The position numbers and the translations under genes were made by a program. This document shows, piece by piece, positions 8,291 to 18,510 of a stretch of DNA of 64,000 bases. Within the stretch, counting starts at the first letter, position 1, and every line of letters starts with the position of its first letter. Under the pieces are notes generated by a model. It had not been told where the DNA came from, ran no database searches, and worked only from the letters and a program-made list of their open reading frames with translations. This stretch comes from Candidatus Poribacteria bacterium. Lineage in GTDB: Bacteria > Poribacteria > WGA-4E > WGA-3G. The stretch spans positions 1,856,001 through 1,920,000 of the forward strand of contig OZ251518.1 in NCBI GenBank assembly GCA_965242965.1. The letters are read 5' to 3'.

Positions 8291-10360
8291 ATGAAAAACG
8301 AATCGCGCCCGGTAGCACACACCTACAAACAGAAGAAGTTCTCACGTCCAGTGACGCGCCGTGACTTCCTCTCAACAGGGCTCAAGGTGGGAGCAGCTGC
8401 CTTTACGACAGGGCTGTTACCCCGCCTTAAGGGAGAGGCAGCCAGCCAATACAACGTGTTGTTCATCTTCGCCGATGACCTGCGTCCCTTGCTCGGATGC
8501 TATGGGCACCCAGAAATGCACACGCCGAACATTGATGCATTAGCCCAGCGCGGTACGCTATTTAACCGCGCCTATTGTCAATTTCCGGTGTGTAATCCCT
8601 CGCGAGCCTCTATCCTTACCGGGCTGCGGCCCGAGACAACCCGCGTGCTTGATAATTTTGCGGATTTTCGGCAGACTGTGCCGAGTGCTGTCACCCTACC
8701 CCAGCATTTCAAATCCCACGGATACCACACACGTTCCGTCGGTAAAATCGACCACGGGCTTCGCGCTTTAAAGGATGAAGCCTCCTGGAGCACCCCAATT
8801 TGGTGGCCAAGATGGAGACCTTATGAAGGCACCCCTTCTTGGCAAACTCTTGACGTTGCTGATGATGAACTCAGCGATGGAGAAACTGCAAAGCGAGCCG
8901 TAGAAGTCTTGGAGGAGATTCAGGATTCGACCTTTTTTCTTGCGGTAGGTTTTTACAAACCGCATATGCCCTTCAATGCTCCAACCCGATATTACGAATT
9001 GTATGATATAGAAACCTTTAAAGATGCCCCGTATGTAGCTCCCCCTGCTGGGCATGAAATACGGGTGTATTCAGATATTCCCGCCGGAAATACGCCGCTT
9101 TCTGAAGAGAAAACGTTAGAATTAATTCGGGCTTATGCTGCCTCAACAAGTTACGTGGACGCGCAAGTCGGACGGGTCCTCGCTCAACTGGACACGCTCG
9201 GGCTCACTGAAAAGACAGTCATCGCTTTCTGCGGTGACCACGGTTTTCATCTTGGGGAGCACGGTACATGGGGTAAGAGAACCGTCTTTGAGGTCGCGCT
9301 CCATTCACCATTGATACTGAGCATCCCTGGACACGCGCAGCCTGGCACCAAAACCAATGCTCTCGTTGAACTCGTTGACATCTACCCAACTTTGTGCGAC
9401 GCTTGCCAACTGCCTATTCCATCAGAACTTGAAGGAATAAGTATGATGCCGGTAATTGAGTCACCCACACGCCCATGGAAAACTGCCGCTTTTAGCCGAA
9501 TCGGGAAAGCAAATGGAAAACGCTCCATGCGCACCGAGCAGTACCGGTACACTGAGTGGGGCATCAATGCCGCGCTTGGTAAAGAACTATACGATTATCA
9601 AGCAGACCCGGGGGAAACTGTCAACATCGCGCATCATCCTGAAAACACGAACCTTGTCGCACGCCTCAGCGAACAACTCCGTGCTGGCTGGAAAGGTGCC
9701 CTCCCTGATAATCAGGAACAAGTCCCGGGGACACAAACCCTTCCGTGGGATGTAAACAATGATGGTGTCGTTGATATCCGAGATCTTATCCTCGTCGCCA
9801 ACAGTTTTGGGGAAGAAACACTTGCGTATCCCAAAGTAGACGCAAATCAAGATGGCACTGTTGACATCTTTGACCTGCTCATCGTTGCATCGCATTTCGG
9901 TGAGACCGGGAATTCCGCCTCCCCGCCGCAGGCAACGAAACTCCTGCCGCAACATGTCGACAGCGTCACAGAATGGCTCGCCGAGGCACGTACCGTTGAT
10001 GATGGCTCTACACTTCTCCGAAAGGGCATCGCTACCTTGGAGCATCTGCTATACACCACAGTGCCTACCGTGACATCTCTTTTGCCGAACTACCCCAACC
10101 CGTGCAATCCGGAGACATGGATACCTTACGATTTGGCGGAAGGTGCCGAAGTCTCTATCTATATCTATACCCAACGCGGTGAGACTGTGCGACGATTATC
10201 CCTCGGTTTTCAAACGGCAGGCGTTTATCGGAGTCGCGAGCGGGCAGCGTACTGGGATGGGCGCAATGCTACCGGTGAACCTATCTCAAGCGGTGTCTAT
10301 TTTTATTCCCTACACGCCGGCGGTGTTAAAGCAACGCGTCAGTTGGTAATTGTAAAATAG
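8291..10360 (+). CDS. Tat-exported Cys-type sulfatase (iduronate-2-sulfatase-like) with dockerin and C-terminal Ig/CTD-like domain
   Basis: TRRDFL twin-arginine; DDLRP; CNPSRAS formylglycine motif; GDHGFHLGEHG; DVNNDG repeats; NYPNPCNPETW. Confidence 0.9.
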   Translation: MKNESRPVAHTYKQKKFSRPVTRRDFLSTGLKVGAAAFTTGLLPRLKGEAASQYNVLFIFADDLRPLLGCYGHPEMHTPNIDALAQRGTLFNRAYCQFPVCNPSRASILTGLRPETTRVLDNFADFRQTVPSAVTLPQHFKSHGYHTRSVGKIDHGLRALKDEASWSTPIWWPRWRPYEGTPSWQTLDVADDELSDGETAKRAVEVLEEIQDSTFFLAVGFYKPHMPFNAPTRYYELYDIETFKDAPYVAPPAGHEIRVYSDIPAGNTPLSEEKTLELIRAYAASTSYVDAQVGRVLAQLDTLGLTEKTVIAFCGDHGFHLGEHGTWGKRTVFEVALHSPLILSIPGHAQPGTKTNALVELVDIYPTLCDACQLPIPSELEGISMMPVIESPTRPWKTAAFSRIGKANGKRSMRTEQYRYTEWGINAALGKELYDYQADPGETVNIAHHPENTNLVARLSEQLRAGWKGALPDNQEQVPGTQTLPWDVNNDGVVDIRDLILVANSFGEETLAYPKVDANQDGTVDIFDLLIVASHFGETGNSASPPQATKLLPQHVDSVTEWLAEARTVDDGSTLLRKGIATLEHLLYTTVPTVTSLLPNYPNPCNPETWIPYDLAEGAEVSIYIYTQRGETVRRLSLGFQTAGVYRSRERAAYWDGRNATGEPISSGVYFYSLHAGGVKATRQLVIVK

Positions 10361-10369
10361 AGGAGACAA

Positions 10370-11998
10370 TTGATGAAAACAGAGTTGCAACAACAGGCGT
10401 TCTCACTTCCGTCCACTCGGCGCGACTTCCTCAAAACCAGTCTGAAAGCCGGTGCCGCTGTCTTCACGACAGGGCTGTTACCCCGCCTGCATGCGAGAGC
10501 CGCATCCTCTAACGTTTTGTTTATCTCTGTAGACGATTTGCGGCCGCTGCTCGGCTGTTATGGACACCCAGAGATGCACACCCCGAATATTGACGCACTC
10601 GCGGAACGCGGGACGCTCTTTAACCGCGCCTATTGCCAATTCCCGGTGTGTAACCCATCGCGGGCTTCCGTGCTGACAGGGCTGCGTCCGGACACCGTTG
10701 GAGTCTACGATAATCCCACCGATTTCCGTGAGGTGCTACCAGAAGTTGTGACGCTTCCACAGCATTTCAAGGCGCACGGTTATCATACACGCTCCGTCGG
10801 TAAAATCGCGCACGGTGCCGCTGCATGGAAGGATGAACTCTCCTGGAGCGCGCCGATCTGGCGGCAGCGGTGGAAAGCCATTGATAAATCCACATCTCCT
10901 TCTTGGCAGGCACTTGATGTCACGGACGATGAATTGGAAGATGGCAAAATTGCAAACGCGGCGATACAAGTCCTCAACGAAATAAAAGAGCAGCAGTTTT
11001 TCCTCGCCGTTGGGTTCAACAAACCGCATTTGCCCTTCTACGCCCCGAGCAAATACTTTGAGCACTATACGCTTCAAGACTTCAGATTGCCGGTGGATTC
11101 AACCCTGCCTCTCAATGCTCCAACTCTCGCATCCAATCCGAAATGGTTGAAGGCGTATCAGGACATTCCACACAACCCACCGCTCCCCGATGGATTGACA
11201 CTGGAATTGACTCGCGCTTATGCGGCAAACATTAGTTATGTAGACGCATTGGTAGGCCGCATTCTAACTCAGTTGGATACGCTTGGACTCGCGCAAAACA
11301 CCGCCATCGTTTTCTGGGGAGACCACGGGTTCCACCTCGGTGAACACGGCTGTTGGAGAAAGAATACCCTTTTTGAGGTGTCGCTTCGCTCACCGCTGAT
11401 TGTCAGCACGCCCGAACAAATCCCGCGCGCAGCCTCTAGCGACGCGCTCGTGGAACTCGTTGACATCTTCCCCACGTTGTGTGATATATGTCAACTCCCG
11501 GCTCCCGCTGAATTAGAGGGGAGCAGTCTGGTGCCCCTGTTTGAACAACCGACACAGCCCTGGAAACCAGCCGTTTTTAGCCAACTGAAAAGGGGAACGA
11601 TAAACGGATACTCCGTACGCACCGCTCGGTACCGATACACCGAATGGGGCGACGATGGCAGCAGCGGCAAAGAACTTTACGACTACCTGAACGAGCCAGA
11701 CGAAACAGAAAACATTGCACTACGCCAAGAAAACGCAGCACTTGTCGCACAACTCAGCGAACAACTCAAAGCGGGATGGCAACAGGCTATGCCAGGGGTG
11801 GAGGGATATGTCTCTGTGTCACAGGAGCTGCAAGGGGATGTGAACAACGATGGCGTTGTCAATATCCGCGACTTAGTGCAGGTATCCAACAAACTTGGAG
11901 AAGCCGGCGGCGCATCCGTTCCCGAGGATGTTAATCAAGATGGCGTTGTTGATATCCGAGATCTGGTGCGTGTCGCGAACCATTTCGGTAAACGGTAG
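10370..11998 (+). CDS. Tat-exported Cys-type sulfatase with dockerin
   Basis: TRRDFL; CNPSRAS; KPHLPF; GDHGFHLGEH; two DVN.DG repeats; ATG start likely at 10373. Confidence 0.9.
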   Translation: MMKTELQQQAFSLPSTRRDFLKTSLKAGAAVFTTGLLPRLHARAASSNVLFISVDDLRPLLGCYGHPEMHTPNIDALAERGTLFNRAYCQFPVCNPSRASVLTGLRPDTVGVYDNPTDFREVLPEVVTLPQHFKAHGYHTRSVGKIAHGAAAWKDELSWSAPIWRQRWKAIDKSTSPSWQALDVTDDELEDGKIANAAIQVLNEIKEQQFFLAVGFNKPHLPFYAPSKYFEHYTLQDFRLPVDSTLPLNAPTLASNPKWLKAYQDIPHNPPLPDGLTLELTRAYAANISYVDALVGRILTQLDTLGLAQNTAIVFWGDHGFHLGEHGCWRKNTLFEVSLRSPLIVSTPEQIPRAASSDALVELVDIFPTLCDICQLPAPAELEGSSLVPLFEQPTQPWKPAVFSQLKRGTINGYSVRTARYRYTEWGDDGSSGKELYDYLNEPDETENIALRQENAALVAQLSEQLKAGWQQAMPGVEGYVSVSQELQGDVNNDGVVNIRDLVQVSNKLGEAGGASVPEDVNQDGVVDIRDLVRVANHFGKR

Positions 11999-12149
11999 CC
12001 GGTTAAAGTCTTCGCATGGCGAGGGAAACCCGCTCGCATGCGCGTGTGGCATGCGAGGGCCCTTGCCCTACGTAACATGAGGGCACTTTCGGAACAGGTT
12101 TTTTCCTTCTCCGAAAACGAACGCGTCAACTCGCAAGGAAAACATCTAA

Positions 12150-13721
12150 ATGTTCAAAGATACCAACCCCCGGCAACGCTCATTGACTCGGCGCGATTTT
12201 CTCGCAACGAGCCTGAAAGTCGGTGCAGCCGCTTTCACGACAGGGCTGTTGCCGCGCCTGCGCGCTAGAGCAGCCGGAGAATATAATGTGTTGTTCATCA
12301 TCGCCGATGATTTGCGCCCGATGCTTGGCTGCTATGGTTATCCCGAAATTTACACACCTAACATAGATAGGCTTGCCGCACGCGGTACGCTGTTCAATCG
12401 CGCCTATTGTCAGTACCCACTCTGTAATCCCTCTCGGGCTTCTATACTTACGGGATTGCGACCGGAGACAACGCGTGTGAACTCAAACGCCGCGAATTTT
12501 AGACAGACGGTACCCGAAGCAGTAGCACTCCCTGATTATTTCGCAGCACACGGGTATCATACCCAATCCATCGGGAAAATCGAACACATCAATCAACCGT
12601 TCAAGGGGGGGCCGTCTTGGAAAGCCCTTGACGTTGCCGATGATGAATTGGAGGATGGCAAAACTGCAAATAAAACTGTCGAAACTTTGCGGGCACTGAA
12701 GGAACAGCAGTTTTTCTTGGCAGTTGGCTTTGACAAACCGCATTTACCTTTCTGGGCTCCAAGGAAATATTACGAATTCTACAACTTGGAAGATGCACAC
12801 CGGAGTTTCCGCCTCCCCGCTACTTCAAGTTACCCCGAAAACTCGCCGGAGATAGCCCATAACAGTTTGGGACTATTCAGTCTGTACAGGGATATTCCCG
12901 CCGGAGATGGCCCGTTTTCTGATGAGCAAACGCTAGCATTAATTCGGGCCTACGCTGCATCCACAACTTATATGGATGCCCAAATCGGCCGCGTTCTAGA
13001 TCAACTTGACACGCTGGGCTTGACAGAAAAGACGGTTGTTGTTTTCTGTGGAGACCACGGTTTTCATCTGGGAGAACATGGAACTTGGAGGAAGAACACG
13101 CTTTTTGAGGTAGGAGTCCGTTCGCCGTTGATTATTAGCATGCCGGCCCAATCCCATCCCGGCACTAAAACCGACGGCCTCGTTGAACTCGTTGACATCT
13201 ATCCTACGCTGTGCGACGCGTGTCATCTGCCTATTCCGCAAACACTTGAAGGCACGAGCATGATGCCGCTGCTTGAAGAACCAACCCAGATATGGAAATC
13301 AGCCGCCTTTAGCAAAGTCGTCCGTGGCGGCCGTTCCATCCGAACAGCCCAATACCGATACACCGAATGGGGAAGTAACGGACGCAGAGGTAAGGAACTC
13401 TACGATTATTACAAAGATCCGCACGAAACGCGGAACATCGCGAATCTCCCTCAAAACGCCGAACTCATCGCGCATCTCAGTGAAAGACTCCGAGCCGGTT
13501 GGCAAAGGGCTGTGCCAGGGACAGAGGAAGATGTCCCTGTCCCACAGACGCAACCCGCGGATGTGAACAACGACGGTGCTGTCGATATTCGCGACTTGGT
13601 GCAGGTATCCAACGAACTTGGAAAAGCCGGCGGCGCATCCGTTCCCGAGGATGTAAATCAAGACGGCGTTGTTGATATCCGAGATCTGGTGCGCGTCGCG
13701 AACCATTTCGGTAAACAGTAG
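12150..13721 (+). CDS. Tat-exported Cys-type sulfatase with dockerin
   Basis: TRRDFL; CNPSRAS; GDHGFHLGEHG; dockerin nearly identical to that of the previous gene. Confidence 0.9.
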   Translation: MFKDTNPRQRSLTRRDFLATSLKVGAAAFTTGLLPRLRARAAGEYNVLFIIADDLRPMLGCYGYPEIYTPNIDRLAARGTLFNRAYCQYPLCNPSRASILTGLRPETTRVNSNAANFRQTVPEAVALPDYFAAHGYHTQSIGKIEHINQPFKGGPSWKALDVADDELEDGKTANKTVETLRALKEQQFFLAVGFDKPHLPFWAPRKYYEFYNLEDAHRSFRLPATSSYPENSPEIAHNSLGLFSLYRDIPAGDGPFSDEQTLALIRAYAASTTYMDAQIGRVLDQLDTLGLTEKTVVVFCGDHGFHLGEHGTWRKNTLFEVGVRSPLIISMPAQSHPGTKTDGLVELVDIYPTLCDACHLPIPQTLEGTSMMPLLEEPTQIWKSAAFSKVVRGGRSIRTAQYRYTEWGSNGRRGKELYDYYKDPHETRNIANLPQNAELIAHLSERLRAGWQRAVPGTEEDVPVPQTQPADVNNDGAVDIRDLVQVSNELGKAGGASVPEDVNQDGVVDIRDLVRVANHFGKQ

Positions 13722-13751
13722 TTTCAGAGCAGCCGCTGAGGAAACATCTAC

Positions 13752-14010
13752 ATGCCAACAAACTCAAATTCATCGCAACGCCTACTCACTCGGCGCGATT
13801 TCATCTCAACAAGTCTGAAAGCCGGGGTTTCCGCCGCGTTCACGGGTATCAAACCTTCAGGAGCTCCTTATCGCGCAAGAGTTCGCAGGGGTGGAAACGC
13901 TTGAATATCCCCAGGCCGACGTGAATCAAGATGGCATTGTTGATGACGCTGATCTGCGCATTGCAGCCTCGCATCTCGGTGAAACTAGCAATAGACGCGG
14001 GCCGCGCTAA
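13752..14010 (+). pseudogene. Remnant of a fourth sulfatase-type gene: Tat signal joined out of frame to a dockerin fragment
   Basis: MPTNSNSSQRLLTRRDFISTSLKAG stops at 13904; another frame reads ETLEYPQADVNQDGIVDDADLRIAASHLGETSN, matching the dockerin of 8291..10360. Confidence 0.75.
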
Positions 14011-14031
14011 GGCAACGCGCCTTAATAAAAT

Positions 14032-14257
14032 CAGGGTGTTTCATAAATCGCTCAACGTCGCGGTGACAGGCCACCGCGATAGGCTAAAAAAAGGGAATTG
14101 TTCGATAGGCGCGCCGGGTCTCGAGGCACTCTTGGTAGGAGAGACCTCCCGGTCTCGATGCAATACCCCGTAGGAGAGACCTCCTGGTCTCGATGTTGTT
14201 TCGTATCGGGACAAGGATGTCCCTCCTACCGGGGAAAATGAGATATGAAACACCCTC
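14032..14257. mobile_element. MITE-like element: inverted termini enclosing REP copies
   Basis: cagggtgtttcataa (14032-14046) and gatatgaaacaccctc (14242-14257) are inverted; REPs inside; no transposase. Confidence 0.5.
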
Positions 14258-14278
14258 ACTAAAATAAGGAGGAAGAGA

Positions 14279-15985
14279 GTGCTCCGAAAGATGATGTTAC
14301 GGATTTTGTTAATCGTTGGAACTGCAGCGTGTATCGCGGCTTCACCAATTGTGGATGCCGCCTCGCTGCTTAACGTTCCGCTGAATCCGAATCTTTCCGA
14401 TTTTAATCGTGAAACCTATCGCTTTATTCATCGTTTATTAAATAAGAGAGTGTTGCCCGGCATTCCGCGCGGCTCGTTACCTCTCACGCGGAAACAGGTA
14501 GCATCGCTTCTCACCGAAGTTGCCCGGAAGCAAGAAAATGGCGAAGTCACGCTGAGCCCCAACGACTCAAAGCGGTTGCAGTCCCTGTTAGCGTTTTACT
14601 CGGATGCCGGCACCGGAGTGCCTTCCCACCGAAAAATGCACATTTTGACGTTCGAGGCGGATGATGAATCGCAGCAAGGAAAGGAAGAACCGAGTCAAGG
14701 AAGTCTCTCCTACAAGTTTTCGTTTGATTTACGGGCGAAACAGCGCGTCATCACCCGGTTGGTAGATAACGTGTCAGGAGAACCGCCGGTGGAAGGAACG
14801 ATGTTCGTCACCACGCCGTTGCCGCACCTCTATGGGCAAGTCGGCGAGGAATTCGCCTTCACTACGGATATGGCATACCGCTGGCTATACGGCGACTTTT
14901 TTAACGACATCTACCCCGACGAGTCAAAATATCGGCAATTGGAGGGGGAACGGGAAGGACAACTGAAAAATCGGGCGGCTACGAACAGCTACCTCAAATT
15001 CAGTCTCCCATGGTTTGAGATGCAATTTGGACAAGATAATCTCCGGTGGGGGCCGGGGTATCACGGCAACCTGCTCATCTCCGAAAACCCCATCGCGTGG
15101 GACATGCTCAAGTTGCAAGCGACTTACAAAAACGTCACGTTCACAGGATTTACCGGTGTGCTGGAAGATATGGCGGCGGACATCAACGAAAAATATATCT
15201 CTGGGCACAGAGCGGAGGGGTATTTTTGGGACAGGTTCGGCTTCGGGATTTCGGAAGTTGTCGTCTACGGAAACCGCTTTGAGCCGGGATATTTGAATCC
15301 TGTCAACATCTATCTGATTAACGAGCAGACAATTTCGCGTGCGGATAGTCGTGCCCCCGGCAGCGGCGATAATGTCCTCGCGAGTGTGGACATGCGGCTC
15401 AGAGTCGTGGATAATTTCGAGATATACGGCGAACTGATGCTTGACGATGGAGATCCGTTTGCTAGTTTCAAGCATTGGGATACCAAGTTTGGCATCCTCG
15501 GTGGCATCTACCTCACGGATGCGTTTGGCATTGCCGACACAGATTTTCACGCCGAATACGCCTTTATCAACCAATATGCCTATACGCACGAAAATCCTGT
15601 AAACGTTTACAAACATTTCACGTCTGCTATTGGGCATCACATCGGCACGGATGCGGATAACCTATGGGTGCAATTGCGCCGCCGGTGGACAGATAAACTG
15701 GAGTCCGTTTTCACGTATGATTTGGAACGGCACGGTTCAGGCGATATCAATAAACGGCATCCCGCCGATGCCCCTGCCGATGACGTGTGGACACCACTAT
15801 CGGGCATCACCGAGAGTGAGCATCGGTTGAAAGTGGGGGTTAACTGGGTTTCAATTGGGCACTATTCCCTCTATGCGGAGTGGGCGCGCATCTGGCGGCG
15901 CAACGTCGGCAATCGCCGAGATGTCCATGAAAGCGGCAACGAAATCCAAGCGAGTGTGCTGTATCGGTTTGAACCTTTCTGGTAA
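14279..15985 (+). CDS. Capsule assembly Wzi family outer-membrane protein
   Basis: Signal peptide; GQDNLRWGPGYHGNLLISEN, ISEVVVYG, DNVL, IYGELMLDD, IGHHIGTDAD; aromatic C-terminus. Confidence 0.75.
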   Translation: MLRKMMLRILLIVGTAACIAASPIVDAASLLNVPLNPNLSDFNRETYRFIHRLLNKRVLPGIPRGSLPLTRKQVASLLTEVARKQENGEVTLSPNDSKRLQSLLAFYSDAGTGVPSHRKMHILTFEADDESQQGKEEPSQGSLSYKFSFDLRAKQRVITRLVDNVSGEPPVEGTMFVTTPLPHLYGQVGEEFAFTTDMAYRWLYGDFFNDIYPDESKYRQLEGEREGQLKNRAATNSYLKFSLPWFEMQFGQDNLRWGPGYHGNLLISENPIAWDMLKLQATYKNVTFTGFTGVLEDMAADINEKYISGHRAEGYFWDRFGFGISEVVVYGNRFEPGYLNPVNIYLINEQTISRADSRAPGSGDNVLASVDMRLRVVDNFEIYGELMLDDGDPFASFKHWDTKFGILGGIYLTDAFGIADTDFHAEYAFINQYAYTHENPVNVYKHFTSAIGHHIGTDADNLWVQLRRRWTDKLESVFTYDLERHGSGDINKRHPADAPADDVWTPLSGITESEHRLKVGVNWVSIGHYSLYAEWARIWRRNVGNRRDVHESGNEIQASVLYRFEPFW

Positions 15986-16047
15986 AACGCGGGCATTTTA
16001 AATGAAGTTTTAGCGTGCCTTATTCGTCTAAAAAAGCGAAAAACCGC

Positions 16048-16240
16048 AGTAGGAGAGCCCTCCCGGTCTCGATGCAATTATCGGGACAAGGATGTCCCGC
16101 CTACCGAGAAATAGGAGAGCCCTCCCGGTCTCGATGCAATTATCGGGACAAGGATGTCCCGCCTACCAAGAAAAATGAAATAGGAGAGCCCTCCCGGTCT
16201 CGATGCAATTATCGGGACAAGGATGTCCCGCCTACCGGGG
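16048..16240. repeat. Three tandem composite units of two inverted REP families
   Basis: (TAGGAGAGCCCTCCCGGTCTCGATGCAATTATCGGGACAAGGATGTCCCGCCTACC) x3. Confidence 0.9.
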
Positions 16241-16250
16241 AAAATGAAAT

Positions 16251-16279
16251 TTGACTTTTGCGCTAAAAGTGTGTATAAT
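16251..16279 (+). promoter_or_regulatory. sigma-70 promoter upstream of the glycosyltransferase
   Basis: TTGACT-17 nt-TATAAT with TG extension. Confidence 0.7.
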
Positions 16280-16299
16280 ATATAGTACCGAAGATTGAA

Positions 16300-16465
16300 C
16301 TAGCATGGCGAGGGACAGGCCCTCGCCCTACGGTGAAGCTCTGATTCGACTAGCATGGCGAGGGACAGGCCCTCGCCCTACGGTGAAGTGAGGGACAGGC
16401 CCTCGCCCTACGGTGAAAGCGGCAATCAAGCATGGCGAGGGACAGGCCCTCGCCCTACGGTGAAG
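16300..16465. repeat. Four tandem REPs in the glycosyltransferase leader
   Basis: GAGGGACAGGCCCTCGCCCTACGGTGAA x4. Confidence 0.9.
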
Positions 16466-16508
16466 TTTTGATTGCACCTTGTTAGGGGCATACGAAAAAA
16501 CGAAAAAT

Positions 16509-17627
16509 ATGAGAATTCGCGTCTTAGGCATTCGCGGGCTCCCCGCCACCTATAGTGGACTGGAAACCATCATGAGTGAACTCGCGCCGCGCTGGGTAGC
16601 GGCAGGGCACGAGGTTACGGTCTACTGCAGAAAAGCACTCTTTAAAGCACGGCCGCAGGAGTGGAAGGGCATCAAACTCGTCTATCTGCCGAGCATTGAG
16701 CATAAGATGTTCAGCACCCTCAGCCACAGCTTTTTAGCGACGTTGCACGCATTGGGGGCACCCTCGGATGTGATCCTGACGTGGAACGCCGGGAACGGGC
16801 CCTTTGGATGGTTCTTTCGGATTGCGAGGAAACCGGCTGTCATTAACGTCGACGGCATGGAGTGGCTCCGTCCGAAATGGAAGGGGTTAGGCGCGCTTTA
16901 CTTTAAGTGGGCGGCAAAAATGGCGACAGCGGCGTTTCCTGTCGTCATCACCGATGCCGATGAGATGCGGCGGCTCTATTTGGAGGAGCTCGGCGCGGAA
17001 ACCACCTACATCGCCTACGGCGCGAACATTGAACCGTCGGAACATCCGGAAATCCTTGAAGAGTATGGGCTTAAATCGCGCGACTACTACCTCATCGCGA
17101 GTCGGCTTGTGCCGGATAACAACGCCGATCTGATTTTAGAGGCGTTCGTTGCATCTAACAGTCAAAAGCAGTTCGCCATCGCCGGCGGCGCGGATTATCG
17201 GGGCAATAAACTCGAAAACGAATTTTTGGATAAACTGAAACGCATCGCCAACGACAACGTGAAGTTCCTCGGGCACATTGACAACTCGGCGCATATCAAG
17301 GAACTCCACCATCACTGCTTCGCTTATGTCCACGGGCATCAGTTCGGCGGCATCAACCCTTCTATTTTGAAGGCGTTGGGGTTCTCTAACTGCATCCTCG
17401 CGCTGAACACGCCGTTTAACGATGAAGTGTTAGACAGCGGACGGTATGGCGTGCTGTTCGAGAAAAACGTCCCTGACTTGCAAGCGAAAATCGAACATTT
17501 AGAGAGCCACCCTGACGAGGTTGAGGCATTCCGAAATCGGGCACCCGAGCGGATACGCACCCATTTTAACTGGGACCGCATCGCACAACAGTATCTTGAC
17601 GTTTTTGAAGCAGTAAAGAAACAGTAG
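16509..17627 (+). CDS. GT4 glycosyltransferase (DUF1972-type N-terminus)
   Basis: MRIRVLGIRGLPATYSGLE, NVDGMEW.R.KW, SRLVPDNN, HGHQFGGINPS. Confidence 0.85.
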   Translation: MRIRVLGIRGLPATYSGLETIMSELAPRWVAAGHEVTVYCRKALFKARPQEWKGIKLVYLPSIEHKMFSTLSHSFLATLHALGAPSDVILTWNAGNGPFGWFFRIARKPAVINVDGMEWLRPKWKGLGALYFKWAAKMATAAFPVVITDADEMRRLYLEELGAETTYIAYGANIEPSEHPEILEEYGLKSRDYYLIASRLVPDNNADLILEAFVASNSQKQFAIAGGADYRGNKLENEFLDKLKRIANDNVKFLGHIDNSAHIKELHHHCFAYVHGHQFGGINPSILKALGFSNCILALNTPFNDEVLDSGRYGVLFEKNVPDLQAKIEHLESHPDEVEAFRNRAPERIRTHFNWDRIAQQYLDVFEAVKKQ

Positions 17628-17880
17628 GAGGGACATCCCTGTCCCGATGTAACGTCGGTAGGTGGGACATCCTTGCGAGGGACAGGCCCTCGCCCTACGG
17701 ACAGTCCCGATGCAGGCAGGATCAGGCGATCCTGCCCTACAGAGGGGACAGGCCCTCGCACTACAGACATGTCCCGATGTCATGTTCGGTAGGAGGGACA
17801 TCCTTGTCCCGACGCAATTTGGTATTAGGCTCATCGGTAGGAGGGACATCCCTGTCCCGACGCAATTTGGTATCAGGCTG
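17624..17880. repeat. REP cluster between the GT and sugar transferase genes
   Basis: GTAGGAGGGACATCC(C/T)TGTCCCGA copies; the first GTAG contains the GT stop codon. Confidence 0.85.
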
Positions 17881-17882
17881 AC

Positions 17883-18491
17883 ATGTTAGTATCAACAGGA
17901 ACCCAAGTGGAACGACTTTCCTCCTTCTACGCAAAACACGGCAAACATCTTTTTGATGCCATCGCAGCGTTCTTCCTCGTGTTGGTGTTCTCGCCGCTGA
18001 TGGTGCTCATCGCGATGCTTATCAAGCTCACCTCACGCGGTCCCGTTTTTTTCTCGCACAAACGGGTAGGGGCAAACAACGAACTCTTCCTCATTTACAA
18101 GTTCCGGAGCCTCCACACCGACACGCCGTCCTATTCGGAGAAACCGGATTCAACGGAAGATGTCCGCATCACGCTAGTAGGCAAATGGCTGCGCAAAACA
18201 AGTTTAGACGAATTGCCGCAACTTTTCAATGTGCTGAAGGGAGAGATGAGCCTCGTCGGGCCGCGGCCGGAAATGCCGTTCTTGGCGGAGCATTATGAAC
18301 CTTGGGAAAACCAGCGGCACCTCGTTCGGCCTGGTATGACAGGACTCTGGCAGCTGAGCCCTCGCCGACGCGGTTCAATCCGCGAGGGAATTTCTGTAGA
18401 CTTGGAGTATATCGAAAACTTGTCCCTATGGAACGATTTCAAGATTTTGCTCCGGACTTTCAAGGTTTTTTGGGATAATAACACCTATTGA
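17883..18491 (+). CDS. Priming sugar transferase (polyprenyl-phosphate glycosylphosphotransferase, small type)
   Basis: GPVFF...YKFRS...[28 protein letters not shown]...PGMTGLWQ; start may be GTG at 17907. Confidence 0.9.
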   Translation: MLVSTGTQVERLSSFYAKHGKHLFDAIAAFFLVLVFSPLMVLIAMLIKLTSRGPVFFSHKRVGANNELFLIYKFRSLHTDTPSYSEKPDSTEDVRITLVGKWLRKTSLDELPQLFNVLKGEMSLVGPRPEMPFLAEHYEPWENQRHLVRPGMTGLWQLSPRRRGSIREGISVDLEYIENLSLWNDFKILLRTFKVFWDNNTY

Positions 18492-18510
18492 GTCGTCCCC
18501 ATACTTTACC

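Noticed and set aside
16048-16465. Regular short repeats resembling a CRISPR array
   Set aside because: Intervening sequences are not unique or of constant length, the units are dispersed REPs, and no cas genes are present
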